This document shows positions 38,348 to 52,158 of a stretch of DNA of 64,000 nucleotides, one piece after another. The position numbers and the translations under genes are program-made. Source of the DNA: Octopus sinensis (Eukaryota); the NCBI RefSeq assembly GCF_006345805.1, contig NC_043019.1, forward strand, positions 28,829,360-28,893,359, given 5' to 3'. The notes under the pieces were generated by a model. That model worked only from the letters and a program-made list of their open reading frames with translations, was not told where the DNA came from and ran no database searches. Numbering within the stretch: the first letter of the stretch is position 1; each line of letters opens with the position of its first letter.

Positions 38348-39064
38348 CTAAAACAATTGATAGATGGAGAAAACAAAAATTCTTTATTTAGCGCAACGTA
38401 GCACCTATTGCTGTTGGGTTGTTCTGTTCTTCCGTCTGTCTAAAGCATCCAAGCTATGTTTAGCTGGAATTGTTCTAAAGGGTTTCAAATTAATTTCCAA
38501 AGGTGGTGTGATGGTGCCCTATCATGGCTTTAACTGTGATGGTTAAAGAGATCCAAAAGACTTTAGAAACAAACATTCTTTAGTAATTAGTGTTCAAGAA
38601 ATTGGACTTTGATAAATAGGAATAATTTCAAGGGAATGGAATTTAGACAAATCTAACATGAAAATGATTTCATATCAATTAACAACGGTCAAATGTTTGA
38701 GCTTATGATGCTTTGTTATGAAGACATTTTGTCATTGACTGTGTGTTTGTGTGTGTGTGTAGTTGATGGTTCCACTAGAGAGGCTGATGAATTCTTCAGG
38801 AATGAAACAGCAGTGGTCCTGTGCAAGTCACTGTTTGTTTGTATGTGAGTGTGCATGCATACAATGTACATCATACACATGTACACGTACACACACACAA
38901 AACGGTATTTTAACAACATTATAGGCCCCTGGATAAAATAATGTACTGGGGTTCCCACATACACAATCTGATGTATGTTACAGCATTTATAGAATAGTTT
39001 CAGGTCCTTAAACTTGACAGGACTCTGGGCAACTGCTCAGTGTGCTTATGCCTTTAGATGGAAC

Positions 39065-39118
<54 letters not shown>

Positions 39119-39471
39119 CATACATACACACACACCTGCATATTTTAATATTTACTTTTTCCTGATGAGACTACAACAGAGCAGTCTTCTGTGTCCTTGC
39201 TGTGGGCAACCCTCGCCTGCTTCTAAGCAAGGTGTTAATTGTCCAGTGTACTGAACAACAAACAACCTGAACTTGGTTATACAGAGAACTAGAAACAAAT
39301 GCCACCTTTTGTTTACACAGATTGACATCGAGTCAAGAGATCTGGGCATGCTTTTACGATGGGCTGAACAGTGTGGTCTATATCTGCAATCAGCTAACAC
39401 ATGAGAAGACAAGGGGAAAATATGAACTCACTCACACAAGCACACACATATACATATATACTTATACATAT

Positions 39472-39754
39472 GTTTGTTCCTTCTCGAGCCATACGTGGCT
39501 CATAAGGGCCAGTTTCCTAGTTTCCTTGGCGTATAGGTTCCCCATCTGGACAGGATGCCAGTCTGTCATAGGTGAGGAAGAGTGAGAGAAAGTTGTGGTG
39601 AAAGAGTCAGCAGAAGTTCGCCATTACCTTCTGCTAGAGCCATGTGGAGCTTAGGTGCTTCGCTCATAAACACACACATTGCCCGGTCTGAGATTCGAAC
39701 CCATGATCCCTCGACTGTGAGTTCGCTGCTCTAACCACTAGGCCATGTGCCTCC
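39472..39754 (-). mobile_element. SINE family F
   Basis: Reverse complement of the 32246 copy. Confidence 0.82.
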
Positions 39755-39777
39755 ACGCATATACACACACACACCAC

Positions 39778-39845
<68 letters not shown>

Positions 39846-40409
39846 ATATGCCAGTATGGACGTATATATATCAGCATGTTAAATGATGATAAGGTGCATA
39901 GCCTAGTGGTAAGGCTATTGCACAGATGGTAGCAAGATTGTGGCTTTGATTCCTGGAGCAGCAGTGCATTGAGCTCTTGATCAAAACACTTTATTTCATG
40001 TTGCTCCGGTTCACACTCAGCAGTGAAGGAAAAATTCTGTGACAGACTGGCATTCCATTCTGAAGGAATGTTGGCCTGCCTGCCGAGCCAATGGGGTGGC
40101 ATCATTTGAAAGCTACAATAATGCAAGGAAGCACATTGTGATCAGTGGTGTATAACAACATCTGATGGTCTGGTAAATACAGAAATAGAATCACACACAC
40201 ACACACAACAGATTTCTTCAGTTTTGATCTGCCAATTTCACTTCGTCAAACTTGGACTAAAATAAAAAAAAAAACACCAACTGACATTGTCCATCACATG
40301 TGGACAACTTCGTAGCCATGTGGTTCCAAAACAGACTTTTTAATCATGCAGCCCTGCCTCTGTTACACACACATATACACATATAGATACAACCACACAC
40401 ACATATATA

Positions 40410-40601
40410 GGGAGAGTTTATGAAAAAAACAAAAGACGAAGACAGGTGGTGTACAAAACAAAGAGATGTATTAGTATAACGCTCAGGAACAGAAAATGTC
40501 TTTTACATTTCGAGCCTACGCTCGTCTACAGAAAGGGACACAGAAAAAAACAAGGAGAGAAAAAATGTGTGTAGTGGCTAACGATCTATCATAGTGCTGA
40601 C
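40410..40601 (-). mobile_element. Penelope-like terminal-repeat fragment in (TA)n with degenerate hammerhead motif
   Basis: TA tracts on both sides; minus strand 40535-40500 reads CTTT-CTGTAGAC-GAGC GTAG GCTC-GAAAT GT-A-AAAG. Confidence 0.5.
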
Positions 40602-40604
40602 TAT

Positions 40605-40646
<42 letters not shown>

Positions 40647-41113
40647 ATCTTTTTCAGAATACTGGATCTTAAAGAACACATAAAGCTCTAAATAACAGCA
40701 CTGGGTTGAAAAATCCATTTGAATGACATTTGAGTTTTTCTATCTAAAAATGTCACCCCCCCCCCCCCAATATCTACATGCTATTATTTATAACTTTTCA
40801 GGTGGTGAGCAGGCAAAATGCTTAGCAGCATTTCATCTGTCTTTATGTTCCGAGTTAACATTCTGTCAAGGTTGACTTTACCTTTCAGCCGTTCAAGGTT
40901 GATAAAATAAGTACCAGTTACGCACTGGGGGTTGATGTAATTGACCCCAGTCCACTCCCCTGAAACTTCAAGCTTTCTGCCTTTGGTAGAAAGGATTATT
41001 TATAGCTTTATGTGTACTTCAAAATCTGCTGTCCCCAAAAAAGTATTATTCCCTCTTCTCTTGAAAGTTAATAAATTCATATGATGTCAACAATATATAT
41101 ATTATATATATAT

Positions 41114-41191
<78 letters not shown>

Positions 41192-41266
41192 TATTTATGC
41201 ATTTTGCATTAATTAAGAAACGGTGATGAATGAAGTTTATGTAAATATAAGTTTTCACTGTATATA

Positions 41267-42139
41267 CAGGGTGCAATGGGTAAATTGTTGCCATTTTTAT
41301 ATTTTCAATTTGGCGCATGTGCATTGTTGTTTTTGATTTTGTTGACTACACAGTATAGAAGGGTCAGTTGGGCACCATCTGTGAGAAAAACAGCACCATA
41401 ATGCAATTCACTCTGCCAGAGATTTGGAAGCGACGTGCTGTACTGCTTGGCATTTGCACCGGAAGCTTCAATACAAACATTTTAGAGTATTTGGGAATCA
41501 ATCTGAGGACATTGCCAAGAATGATAAAAATCAAACATCCAGTCAACATCAAGGTGTTTGGAGTGATCACTAGTGATGGCAACGTTATGCCTCCAGTCAT
41601 CTTCCCACACGGTCTCTCAACTCAACATGGAGGCCTACATCAAGTACCTGGAGGAGATAGTGCTGCCCTGGGTCAAGAGGGTGGCAGCTGGAAGATCCTA
41701 TATCAGGCAACAGGACTCTACACCATGCCACACAAGCAGGAGAACCCATTCATGGCTGTCATACAATTTCTGTGACCACACCACCCCTAGCATTTGGCCA
41801 TCTAACTCCCTAGACTGCAACACCCTTGATTATTATGTATGGGGTACAGTTGAGCAAAAGATCAACAAAACTCCTTGTAACACCAAAGATGAACTGAAGG
41901 TAAGGGTCATGGTAGCATTCACCAACTTAAACAAGGAAACCGTCCAGAAAAGTTGCAGGAAATTCTGAAGTCGTCTGGAGGCCGTGGCTGAAGCCAATGG
42001 CGATTTTACTGAACAGATTTACTCCTTAATATTTCCGGATATTTTTATGTAATTTTGGTAAATATATCTGTTAAAATGAGATGTCAGTGTTATTTTCATT
42101 TTTGCGTAATTTAGACGACAGTTCATTCACCACACCCTG
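41267..42139 (+). mobile_element. Degenerate DD37D (maT-type) Tc1/mariner element
   Basis: TA-CAGGGTG...CACCCTG-TA; frameshifted transposase QQD-x37-D (QQDSTPCH...WPSNSLDCNTLDYYVWG). Confidence 0.88.
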
Positions 42140-42874
42140 TATCTTCATTACAGAAAATAATCTTGAGGCATATAAACCCACATTGGAAAAAATGGGTATT
42201 CGTATGTGTGAGAATCGAACCCACACCTGCTTCATATTAGACGTGTGTGAGTGGTGAGTGTATGATGGGTGTGTTTTATGTAATATCAATAAAAATTCTT
42301 CTAAAAGATTTTATTCTTCAATTTCTTACATTTTGGAAAAAAAGAAAACTGAATTTTCCCTCATAAATTCATTTATGATCAGGAAAAAAAATAAAGGTTA
42401 AGATATGCAAAAGAAAAAAATGACAAACAAGGCGAACAGTTACTGTTATATTAGTCCTTTCATGCAAAACAGAAATCAGAGGTACATATATTTATTACTA
42501 ATTAATTTGTTTGATTACACATGCACATTCCGTTAAGAAATTTGAAAAATAAGTAAATAAACGGAGAAGATAAAAAGAAAAACAGTTTTCAAAGGGAAAT
42601 AATTTACATGGCAAACAGAAAATTGTTCATAAAGTAGGGTGGAGTTGTCTCCCTTATTGCCTTTACGGCCATTTGTTTTGATATATATAAAAAAAAGGAA
42701 AGTGAAAGAAGTACAAGGCCGACAATTTGTAAGAATAAACCGCATTACATTAATGATACATGTTCTAAAGACACCAGCAGGAAATGAGCTGAGATTCACA
42801 GTGGGTCATTCTAATTATCTCAAGGCATTTTATTTACGTTCTTAACATTAGGGTAATATGGTAAATAAAATAAC

Positions 42875-43268
42875 GGATCTTTTCGGTGTGAACGGCAGTT
42901 TTTTTAAAAATAATTTCCACGTAACTAAACACTTTTAAACTTCGTATACTGGTAGAATGTGTTTATAAAACATTCTTTTTCTCTTGGCTTTATTGAGAAA
43001 ATTCTATAGTTTGTAAGATATTTGTTGTTTTTCTTCAATTTCTGCAATTTCAACCAATCAATGACGTCTATTGAGGTGAAAACATTCTGTGCCGTATGAA
43101 TATGTCCCTCGTTTAAGAAACAGGTTGGGTTTATTTACGTTTCTGAAGAAAAAAGATACCCTTACCCTAAAACATTGAAATGCAATAGATCGATACTAGG
43201 GTCATAATTATGGGTGACAATTTCATATGACACCGCTAGAAAAACTGCTGTTCAAACTGAAAAGATCC
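42875..43268. mobile_element. MITE with 29-bp TIRs and perfect 8-bp TSD (Merlin- or hAT-like)
   Basis: TIRs GGATCTTTTCGGTGTGAACGGCAGTTTTT / AAAAACTGCTGTTCAAACTGAAAAGATCC; TSD AAAATAAC at 42867-74 and 43269-76. Confidence 0.85.
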
Positions 43269-43626
43269 AAAATAACTATTCTTTGTTTACTGCTTAAACA
43301 TATTCTAAATATTACAAAGCTGAAATATTCTGGTGTATTCGTATCGGCAATTATATCGACTGCAGTTCTTCACTGGTTCTTTATTCTATTTATTAAGAAT
43401 GTAATTCTGATTTAGACATAAGACCAGCAGTTTTGATAGGAAGCGGGAATCGATACTATCGACAAATCCTGTTAAATTTCAAATTTTCACCAGACTGCAG
43501 GCTTTTTTTTTTATTATTATTTAATTCTAATGGGGAGAATAAAAGTGATTTTCGCCATGAGCATGCAGAGATACATTTTTTGAAGAAAATCTGGTGAAAA
43601 TGAGAAATATGGTTAAGGAGATTTAA

Positions 43627-43830
43627 CCCTTTAAACATTCAGATTATTCTTTTAAATTTAATAATTATTTGGAATTAATCACACATTATCTCTAGCTTTG
43701 AGATTTTAATGATATTATTGTCTATTGTTAGAGTAACATTTTAGGGTAGGTGTGAAAGGCCAGATCTAGCTGGTTTTAACATAAAACAAGTAGAAAATTA
43801 GAGTTTAAATGCTTTAAATGCTAATGGGCT
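43627..43830. mobile_element. piggyBac-like MITE, family 1, degenerate
   Basis: TTAA-CCCTTTAAACATTCAGATTATTCT; internal similarity to other copies. Confidence 0.7.
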
Positions 43831-44699
43831 ACCAAGACCCTTACTGACTCCAGTTCTTGACAGGTATTTTATTTTTATGACCCTGAACAGACAAAAAAAA
43901 AACTGACTTCAGAAGGATTTTGCACTCAGAAAATAAAGTTTCGGCCAAGTGCCAGGGGATCAGCATAATTAACTGATCCATTCTCCTCAAAATGACTAAT
44001 TAGAAATCACTCTGTATGTAATTGACTGAAAAGCTGCAATTTGCTGTGGATTGCATTTTCCAACCTGGAGCATTCAAGATACCCAAGGAGACTGGACTAT
44101 TGATGACCAAGATTTTTTTCTGTTTTTTTTCTTTTTCTTTTTTCTATTGTCGGCATCTCATCTTACTAGAATATCAAGTAATAACAAAAATCTGGTACAG
44201 GAGATCAATAGGAAAGCACACATATAATAGATGTGGACATGTTCAATCCCTCATCAGTTATTGACCAAATATCACCAGAATTTCGACACAAATAATATTT
44301 TTTTTGCAGTTTGTCGGTGTCAGCAACGTAAGTTGCTAGGGTAGAAATGAGTAGACATGAAAGACAAACATCAAAACTATGACTAGTTGCTCTGTACTTC
44401 CTTTTGAGATGTTTTCCAAGCTGGCATGGGTTGGACAGTTTGACAAAAATTTCACTAAGCTCCACTGTCTGCTTTGGCATTGCTTCTCTGGCTGGATGCC
44501 TTTCCCAATGTTAACCACTTTATGGAGTGTATTGGGTGATTTTTATGTGACACCAGCACCAGTGAGGTCACCAAGTAACTTGGAAGGCAAGACCCTTCAA
44601 CCTAGGTAGAGGGGAGTTCTATTCAGAGAAGTGGCTTTGTGTCTGGTGATGAGAGGTAGTATGTTCTCTCTGCATATATATATATATAATATATATATA

Positions 44700-44750
<51 letters not shown>

Positions 44751-44753
44751 ATA

Positions 44754-44821
<68 letters not shown>

Positions 44822-44824
44822 AGG

Positions 44825-45120
44825 TGCATGGCTTAGTGGTTAGGGTGTTGTACTCACAATTGCGAGATCATGGTTTCAATTCCCAGACCAGGCACTGCGT
44901 TGTGTTCTTGAGCAAAGCACTTCATTTCAGATTGCTCTACGATTATTTCATCATCTGACATGTGGTAGATGGTGCCCCAGTACAGGTAATGTCGAGTTGA
45001 TGGAGAGAGTGAGCTTATGTGAACACAAACATTTGATCACTATAAACAAATCATCCGTGTCGTTGTTCAGCAAGAAATTGCTGAACCCTCATACGTCATC
45101 TAACGACAGGAGAGTCCATG
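44825..45120 (+). mobile_element. SINE family C
   Basis: GCATGGCTTAGTGGTTAGGGTG...GGTTTCAATTCCC...TTCTTGAGCAAAGCACTTC; related minus-strand heads near 26990-27240, 30095-30340, 53140-53300 and 60770-60985. Confidence 0.75.
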
Positions 45121-45246
45121 ATGTGTATATATATATATATAGATTTTCAAATATGTAGATGGTTAAATACAGGGGCTGCAATGATGTTTGTCTCTTTGGT
45201 CAAGTTATTTTCACTTCCCTTGGGTTCTTTTTTTTTTTACATTTAA

Positions 45247-45465
45247 CCCTTTAGTGTTCAGATTATTCTATCAAACATAATGTTTATTGGTGCACACTGA
45301 TTTGAATTAATCATGCATTATCTCATATCTTCAAGATCTTGATGGTGTAATTACTTAATGTAGAATAACATCGTAGGGTAGGTGTGAGGGCCTGGATCTG
45401 GTCAGTTTGAACATAAAATAGATTAAATATTTTGGCCGGATATGGCTGGTTTAAATACTAAAGGG
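45247..45465. mobile_element. piggyBac-like MITE, family 1
   Basis: TTAA-CCCTTTAGTGTT...AATACTAAAGGG-TTAA. Confidence 0.85.
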
Positions 45466-48442
45466 TTAAAACATTACATCAGCTTAGAAAACGAGTATGC
45501 AAATTTTTAACCCTATTCAGAAATCAAGAAAAAATTTCTCTTAAACTGGATATTTTTACATTGTTAATGAACTAATTATGAAGCTATTTACAAAAATTTT
45601 TACTTTAGGACCGATTCAAAAACAGAGATATGGATGCTAAATGAATGAATAAAAGAAAATTGTGTTTGTAAATGTAATATTAATGTTCACTTTATTTTAT
45701 CACCCATGGAAGGATGAAAAGCAAGGTCAATATTAATTTAAAGGGAGGTAACTAAATACACCCCGATCCATCACTGTGCCTATTCTGTGAATCCAGAGTC
45801 TTTGCTAGCTTTAATACAAGTACAACACTGACATTCTAGAATTTCTGACGTCCTAGAACTTCTTGTAATCAACATTAATTTACAAGCAGGAACTTCAAAT
45901 TCTATAGCCACCAGACTAGTCTAACTGGGCAGTTCTATTTCACAGTATTTTGCACAGAACAGTAGTAATAACTTATATCATTTATACTAATATACAGGTA
46001 CCTGTGTTTTTATTTAATTATATGAGTAAATCTGATATTTGTTTAATTTAGTGGTGATCATCATTTGCTTGGAAAAAATTAGTAATTCAGAAAGGCTTTG
46101 GAGCCAAATGTTTCAGAAAATTGATATACATATATAGATAGAGAGAGCAAATATGAGGCAGTGGATAATCAGAAATGTTAGAATGTTGAGACAAAAACAC
46201 CTAAGACTACAGATGGTAACAGACTAATATTTCCTGGAAACAGATGTTAGGTCAAGTCAGGTCAATTGGGGCAAGATTTTCATCTGTATTACTTTGTTTT
46301 ATTCTATTCAATTTATTAAAAAAATTTTTTCATGGTTTTAACAACTCTGATGGTTTTTGTATATAGCATAGCTTTTATAGAAAGGTGTCATGCCAACAGT
46401 CTAACCATTCAACAGCCAAATAAAATTTTGTGATTATTCCAGCAACGATGTTGAATATCTAAAAAAAAAAAAAAATTTATTATACTACGACCAGCATCTA
46501 CATCTTACTGTTCCTCGTCTTGCCTCAATAAAGCTCGACATATCTCAACAGAAACATGATATTCTTCAACAAAAGATAGGTTGATCTATAAAACTGCCTT
46601 CTGTAGAAATGAGTTGTGACATCACTGGTGCCAAGCTGTATCAGTCTTGGGCTTTCCCTTGGATATAACATAAGAGGCATGGAGACGAGAGGCTAGTATG
46701 CATGGGCATCTGCTGGTCTTCCGTAAACAGCCTTGCAGGGCTTGTGCCTTGGAGGGGAACCTTCTAGGAGCAATCTCATAGTCATTCACGATCAAAAGGG
46801 GTCTTTAGTTAAGGGTGATGAAATTTTGAGTGGATATATCTGATTTCCACTGTAAAAGGATTACATTTAACTAATGAGGCAGTTGCCATGGGGTTGCACA
46901 AATACTAGAAATAGCAGCTGAATTCATTTCAAACTGTACATTACTACTTTAAGAAGAAACAAAACACACACAAGATAATACAATGTTGGATACATTTAAG
47001 TGAAAATAAGGTGAGTTGGTCAGGGCTGGATTACCTCTGATTATAGATCTGCTTAATCGGTACTGACTTGGAGCTCGATAACAACAACTAGGAAGTAGAT
47101 GGAACCTGTTGACAGCCAGGCAGACTGAAGCGAATTTTACATTACACTTACACAGATTGATCTGTGATAATATGGGGTGGCAATCAGTTGAAGATTCTGC
47201 TTGTACCAGAAAAACATATCCTAGCAATCACCTGCAGTTCTCAGTTATCCATAACACACTGTCTCTTGTGTTTACAGGGCTGTGCTGTGAATTTGCATAT
47301 TTTTTATACGGATTTACATACTCACACTCATCAACATGGGACCAGAGAATAGAAAAATATGAAGGCATCTGATCCTAACAAATGAGGAAAAGGTAGAGCT
47401 GATCAAGAAGATACATGACAGGAGAAGCTTTGCTTGTGTGGGCCACAAGTTTGGTGTCTATAATTTTTTTTCTTTTTCTTTTTTCTACTCTAGGCACAAG
47501 GCCTGAAATTTTATTGACCCGAAAAAGACAAAAGGTGAAGTTGACTTTAGTGGGATTTGAACTCAGAATGCAAAGAGAAATACTTTTTGTCTAATGCCCT
47601 AAAGATTCTGAATAATAATGAAGAAAAAATTTACTACTCTCCAATCTAGACTCTTAATTATCTCACAAAATTAAATGACAGAATTATACACAGAAAAACT
47701 GTTAAAACTTAAATTGCTTGCTTTGTTTCAGAATCTGAGCTCTTATAGATGAACCCTATCTGGCCCCTACCTACATCCTCCTCCAGTTATCTGACCTACA
47801 GTAAATTCCTATCAATAAATACTCTATTGTTATATTTGTAAATGAAGCTAAGCTTCTTTGCAGTTGAATAACGAAAATTAAAGTAAAAATATGCCTTTTT
47901 TTGAAAAAAAACATACCCTTCAAAAAAATCTTTTCTTCGAAAGATTTATTAACCCTTTGTAAAAATACATTAATTTTTTTAATTGTACAAGTCTAAGCAT
48001 AATACATGAGAGAGCTTTTAATTAAGAAAGAAGGAACATTAAACTTATGACTATAACAAAAGGGAAGTTCCAGCTCCTACTTGGCTTTATCTAGCTGTCC
48101 TCAATGACAATGGAATGGCGAATATTAAGTGTTAAGCGTTGTAGTTTATCTGGGGGAACTGAGATGAATCCTTGGGTCAGGCAGTCAATCCTCTCCCCCA
48201 CTCTGTCTGTCTGTCTGTAATCCAAATAAGAAAACAAAGTGTTTATCACATCTCAATTCACCTGATACAATTGTTTCTGTACCACCCCAGCCTTCAATGC
48301 CAGTTCATGCAAAAGTTCCATGTGGAGAGTTAAGTAATATTTGCAGTTTGAAATAATAGAGAAGCACTTTGTGGGACTTGCATCAATGGTACACTGTTAA
48401 TATATACAAATATATGGGAAATTACCACCTGTATCATCTCTT

Positions 48443-48693
48443 GTGAAAGGTAGAAGTGTCCAGTTTGCTGGACATTGTTGTAGAGCTGAAAACGAGGTAA
48501 TTTCTACTCTTCTCCTCTGGAAGCCATCTGCTCGCGATACCAGAGGGTGCACACTCTCCTACCCTGATGCAATCTCCAGGGATACAGGCATCCAGCAACA
48601 GGACCTCCGTAATGCTATGATGGACCGTGAGGTCTAGTGTAACATAGTAAATTCCATTGTCTCGACCACGGTCGAACAATGATGATGATGATG
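48443..48693 (+). mobile_element. RTE-clade LINE 3' end
   Basis: VQFAGHCCRAENEVISTLLLWKP...DLRNAMMDREV, typical of RTE ORF C-termini; (GAT)n tail. Confidence 0.78.
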
Positions 48694-49079
48694 ACACTGT
48701 TAAAGCTGCAATCAAAGTGTGTATACAGCCTAAAAATTGGGTTGAGCGCAGAATTGGAAACACCTCGTCATGCTAACCTCCCGGGGACTCATATATGTAT
48801 ATATATAAAATGAGAGTGTGTAGCCTAGTGGTTAGGATGTTGCATTCACAATTGTGAGATCATGGTTTCGATTCTCAGTGTTGCATTGTGTTCTTGAGCA
48901 AAGCACTTCACCTCACATTGCTTTGCGATCACTTTGACATCTGAACGTAGCATACTGTGCACCTGCACAGGTAATGTTGATTTGATGGGGGGAATGAGCT
49001 TGTGCACTGCACAAACATTTGATCACTCTCCACAAGTCAGGTGTGCAAGTTGTTCAGTAAGAAATTAAAGAACTGCCTC

Positions 49080-49136
49080 GGGCTGACCAAAGCTTTGTGA
49101 GTGAATTTGGTAGACAGAAACTGATAAGAAGCCCGT

Positions 49137-49208
<72 letters not shown>

Positions 49209-49412
49209 ATGTATGTGTGTGTGTGTTTGTTCCCCCAACATAGCTTGAAAACCGACGCTGGTGTGTTTATGTCCCTGTAACTTAGCGGTTCAGCAAAAGA
49301 GACTGATAGAATAAATACTAGGCTTACAAAGAATAAGTCCTGGGGTCGGTTTGCTCAACTAAAGGCAGTGCTCCAACATGGCCACAGTCAGATGACTGAA
49401 ACAAGTAAAAGT
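49080..49412 (+). mobile_element. SINE family A, 5'-truncated
   Basis: Body and tail match the 31235 copy. Confidence 0.8.
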
Positions 49413-49814
49413 GTGTATATATATGTGTTTGTGAGTCCCGGCACTATTTGATAATTGGTGTTGGTTTGTTTACATCCCTCTAACTTAGCAGTGCAGCAAG
49501 AGAGACTGATAAGGCAAGTACCAGACTTCAAAAAGATAAAAAGTACTGGGGTCGATTTGTTCAACTAAAACCCTGAAATGAATATAAGACAAAAGGAAAA
49601 GATTCACTTAATGATTTTAGCCAGGAGAGACCACCACAGTTTACCTTGGAATATGGTGTATTATTTGCTGAAATCTAAGTCTAAATATGTAATACAGAAA
49701 TGTAGAGAAATTTTTTAAAAAAAGAAGAAAACTATTAAAAATAAAAAAAAAACGCTTAGTAAGAAAAAAAAAGTATATATATATATACATATAGTTAGTA
49801 ATAATTTACGTTAC

Positions 49815-50033
49815 CATTCTGAAATAACCTCTTTCTTTGATCCATAAAAATCTGGTGTAATTATCTTCTTATAGGCTTCAAATGTGGTTTTACCATTTTG
49901 TTCTCTGCTCGGTCTGGAGCTATGTAGATGATGCGATGACAGACTATTTCTTTTCAAGCTGTTAACAGTTGCCGAAGAAGGTGCTGCCCATGACCGCCTC
50001 ATAGCCAGCTCCTGTAGACACTCGTCGTCTGTC
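49815..50033 (-). CDS. TJP1: ZO-1 C-terminal region exon
   Basis: ttccAG acceptor, GTAAC donor; 219 nt, phase 2/2; TDDECLQELAMRRSWAAPSS...FEAYKKIITPDFYGSKKEVISEW. Confidence 0.8.
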
Positions 50034-50691
50034 CTGGAATAAGATGGCATGCAGTGCAGGCTTTCAAACGTAATCGACAGCAAAACATGCAAACATTCTC
50101 ACATGCACCGAGCATATGCAACATAGGAAACACAAAGAGTTTAGACATCAACCCAAAGTAGCATGAGTCAAGCCAGTGGTTCATGCTAGTTGTGGATGTT
50201 TACGATATTGTAGAACGACATTAAAATAGATGTTACATGCTATGCAAATCATAAAAAAACAGGCAACGGATTTCATTCTCATTATCAGTTCAAGTGTTTC
50301 TTGCTTACATTTATTATCAAAGATATCATTAACTGTTTCTAAATATCACAAAGAGTTCACTGATAAATTTTAAAACTATATGTAATTTATTTTTGAAATA
50401 TCAGAAAGAAAAATGTCATGCATGCCCTCCACCCCACCTATACAGATAGAGATACATCAGTGAATTATTTAGGACAGTTCAATATAGAAAGACATAAATA
50501 TTGAAAAACGACATCACACACAAATAAATATTTGAAACAATATCACATACTTCTTATTATTTATTGGCTGCAATATTACACAGACACTGCTAAATATCAG
50601 GAATAACATCACACAGTCGTACACAAACACACACCATATACACAAATATTCAAAACAATATCTCATATACAAATGTAAGAAAAATATTGCA

Positions 50692-50843
50692 CTGGCATGA
50701 CTGTGTGGGTAAGTAGCTTGCTTCCCAACCATGTGGTCTTCAGTTCAGTCTCACTACACAGCACCTGGGGCAAGTATTTGTTAGTGACCAATACCTTGTG
50801 AATGGATTTGGTAGACAGAAACCAAAAGGTGTGTATAAAAATA

Positions 50844-50936
<93 letters not shown>

Positions 50937-51277
50937 GTATAAACATACCTACATATATATATACATACATACATAAATAAATAAAATATATATAAAATTA
51001 TATATCCGCTATATCGGAAATCTACACTGGTTCCATAACTACCACCTTGGAGTTCTGGTAATCTTTTACAACACTCACCCAGCATATCTAGTCGTTTAGA
51101 TCACCTATAATATATACGACGGGCTTCTTTCAGTTTCCGTCTGCCAAATCCACTCACAAGGCTTTGGTTGGCCCGAGGCTATAGTAGAAGACACTTGCCC
51201 AAGGTGCCACACAGTGTGACTGAACCCAGAACCATGTGGTTGGTAAGCAAGCTAATTACCACACAGCCACTCCTGCA
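50692..51277. mobile_element. Inverted pair of family A SINE heads (50692-50835 +, 51115-51277 -)
   Basis: Two heads face each other; both end at the internal microsatellite. Confidence 0.75.
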
Positions 51278-51706
51278 TCTATTCGGTAATAATTTTATCA
51301 TTCTTATGTGATACAAAATGTAATGAGAACACTGGTGTAAAGAGAGATAACTCAGACAACAGGAATCATTCCTGGTTAAATGCACCAGTTTTTATGACAT
51401 GCTGATATAAACACACACAATGGGCTTCCACATAGTTTCCACCTGTCAGGTGTCACTTGCAAGGGTCATAGTGCAGCACAACAGAATCAAACCTGGGACT
51501 AAGCAGTTGTGAAGAGAACTAGGTACCCATACAGCCAGATCTGTACTTAGGAAACAATATCACACAGACACACACACTCATACACACTAATACTTGAAAT
51601 GATATCCCATACACATTCCGAAATAGACACACAGAGTATCACACTAAAAAATACTGAAAACAATATCACAAACACATATATATATTTACACATCTTCCCT
51701 AGAATG

Positions 51707-51762
<56 letters not shown>

Positions 51763-52152
51763 TCATAAATACTAATGCTTGAAATGATATCCCATACACA
51801 TTCCGAAATAGACACAGAGTATCACACTAAAAAATATTGAAAACAATATCACAAACACAGACATATATATATATACACATACACACACACACACCTCTAA
51901 AAACAACTCCAAAAGTGTATATATCTCACACTCAAAATAATAACAATTTATAAAGGCAATAATATTAATAACTGTAGCAAGTTATGACATTGGATAGCCA
52001 TGCATTTTTAGCAGAATAAAGAGCAGGGTGGGAAATGACAATGAAAGCAATTAGAATAAGCTGGAAGACTTTTATGAAAAAAAAAAAAAAAAAAAAAAAT
52101 CACAGCAAAATTGTAAAAAGAAATTAATAACAGAGATTTAAAGTAACAAAAT

Positions 52153-52158
52153 TTTATT
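52153..52158 (-). terminator. Candidate intronic poly(A) signal in ZO-1
   Basis: AATAAA on - strand followed by a U/GU-rich tract, in UTR-like unique sequence. Confidence 0.3.

Noticed and set aside
38390-38520. Open stretch GTITPPLEINLKPF... upstream of the 38347 exon
   Set aside because: Phase-incompatible with the phase-2 chain and bounded by stops.
39161-39195. CTGATGA-GAC...GTC hammerhead candidate (also CTGATGA at 8915, 10232 and 38783)
   Set aside because: No GAAA after stem II and no closing stems.
46949-47100. Candidate ZO-1 alternative exon (FHLLPSCCYRAP...)
   Set aside because: Weak polypyrimidine tract, the internal donor shifts phase, and there is no homology support.
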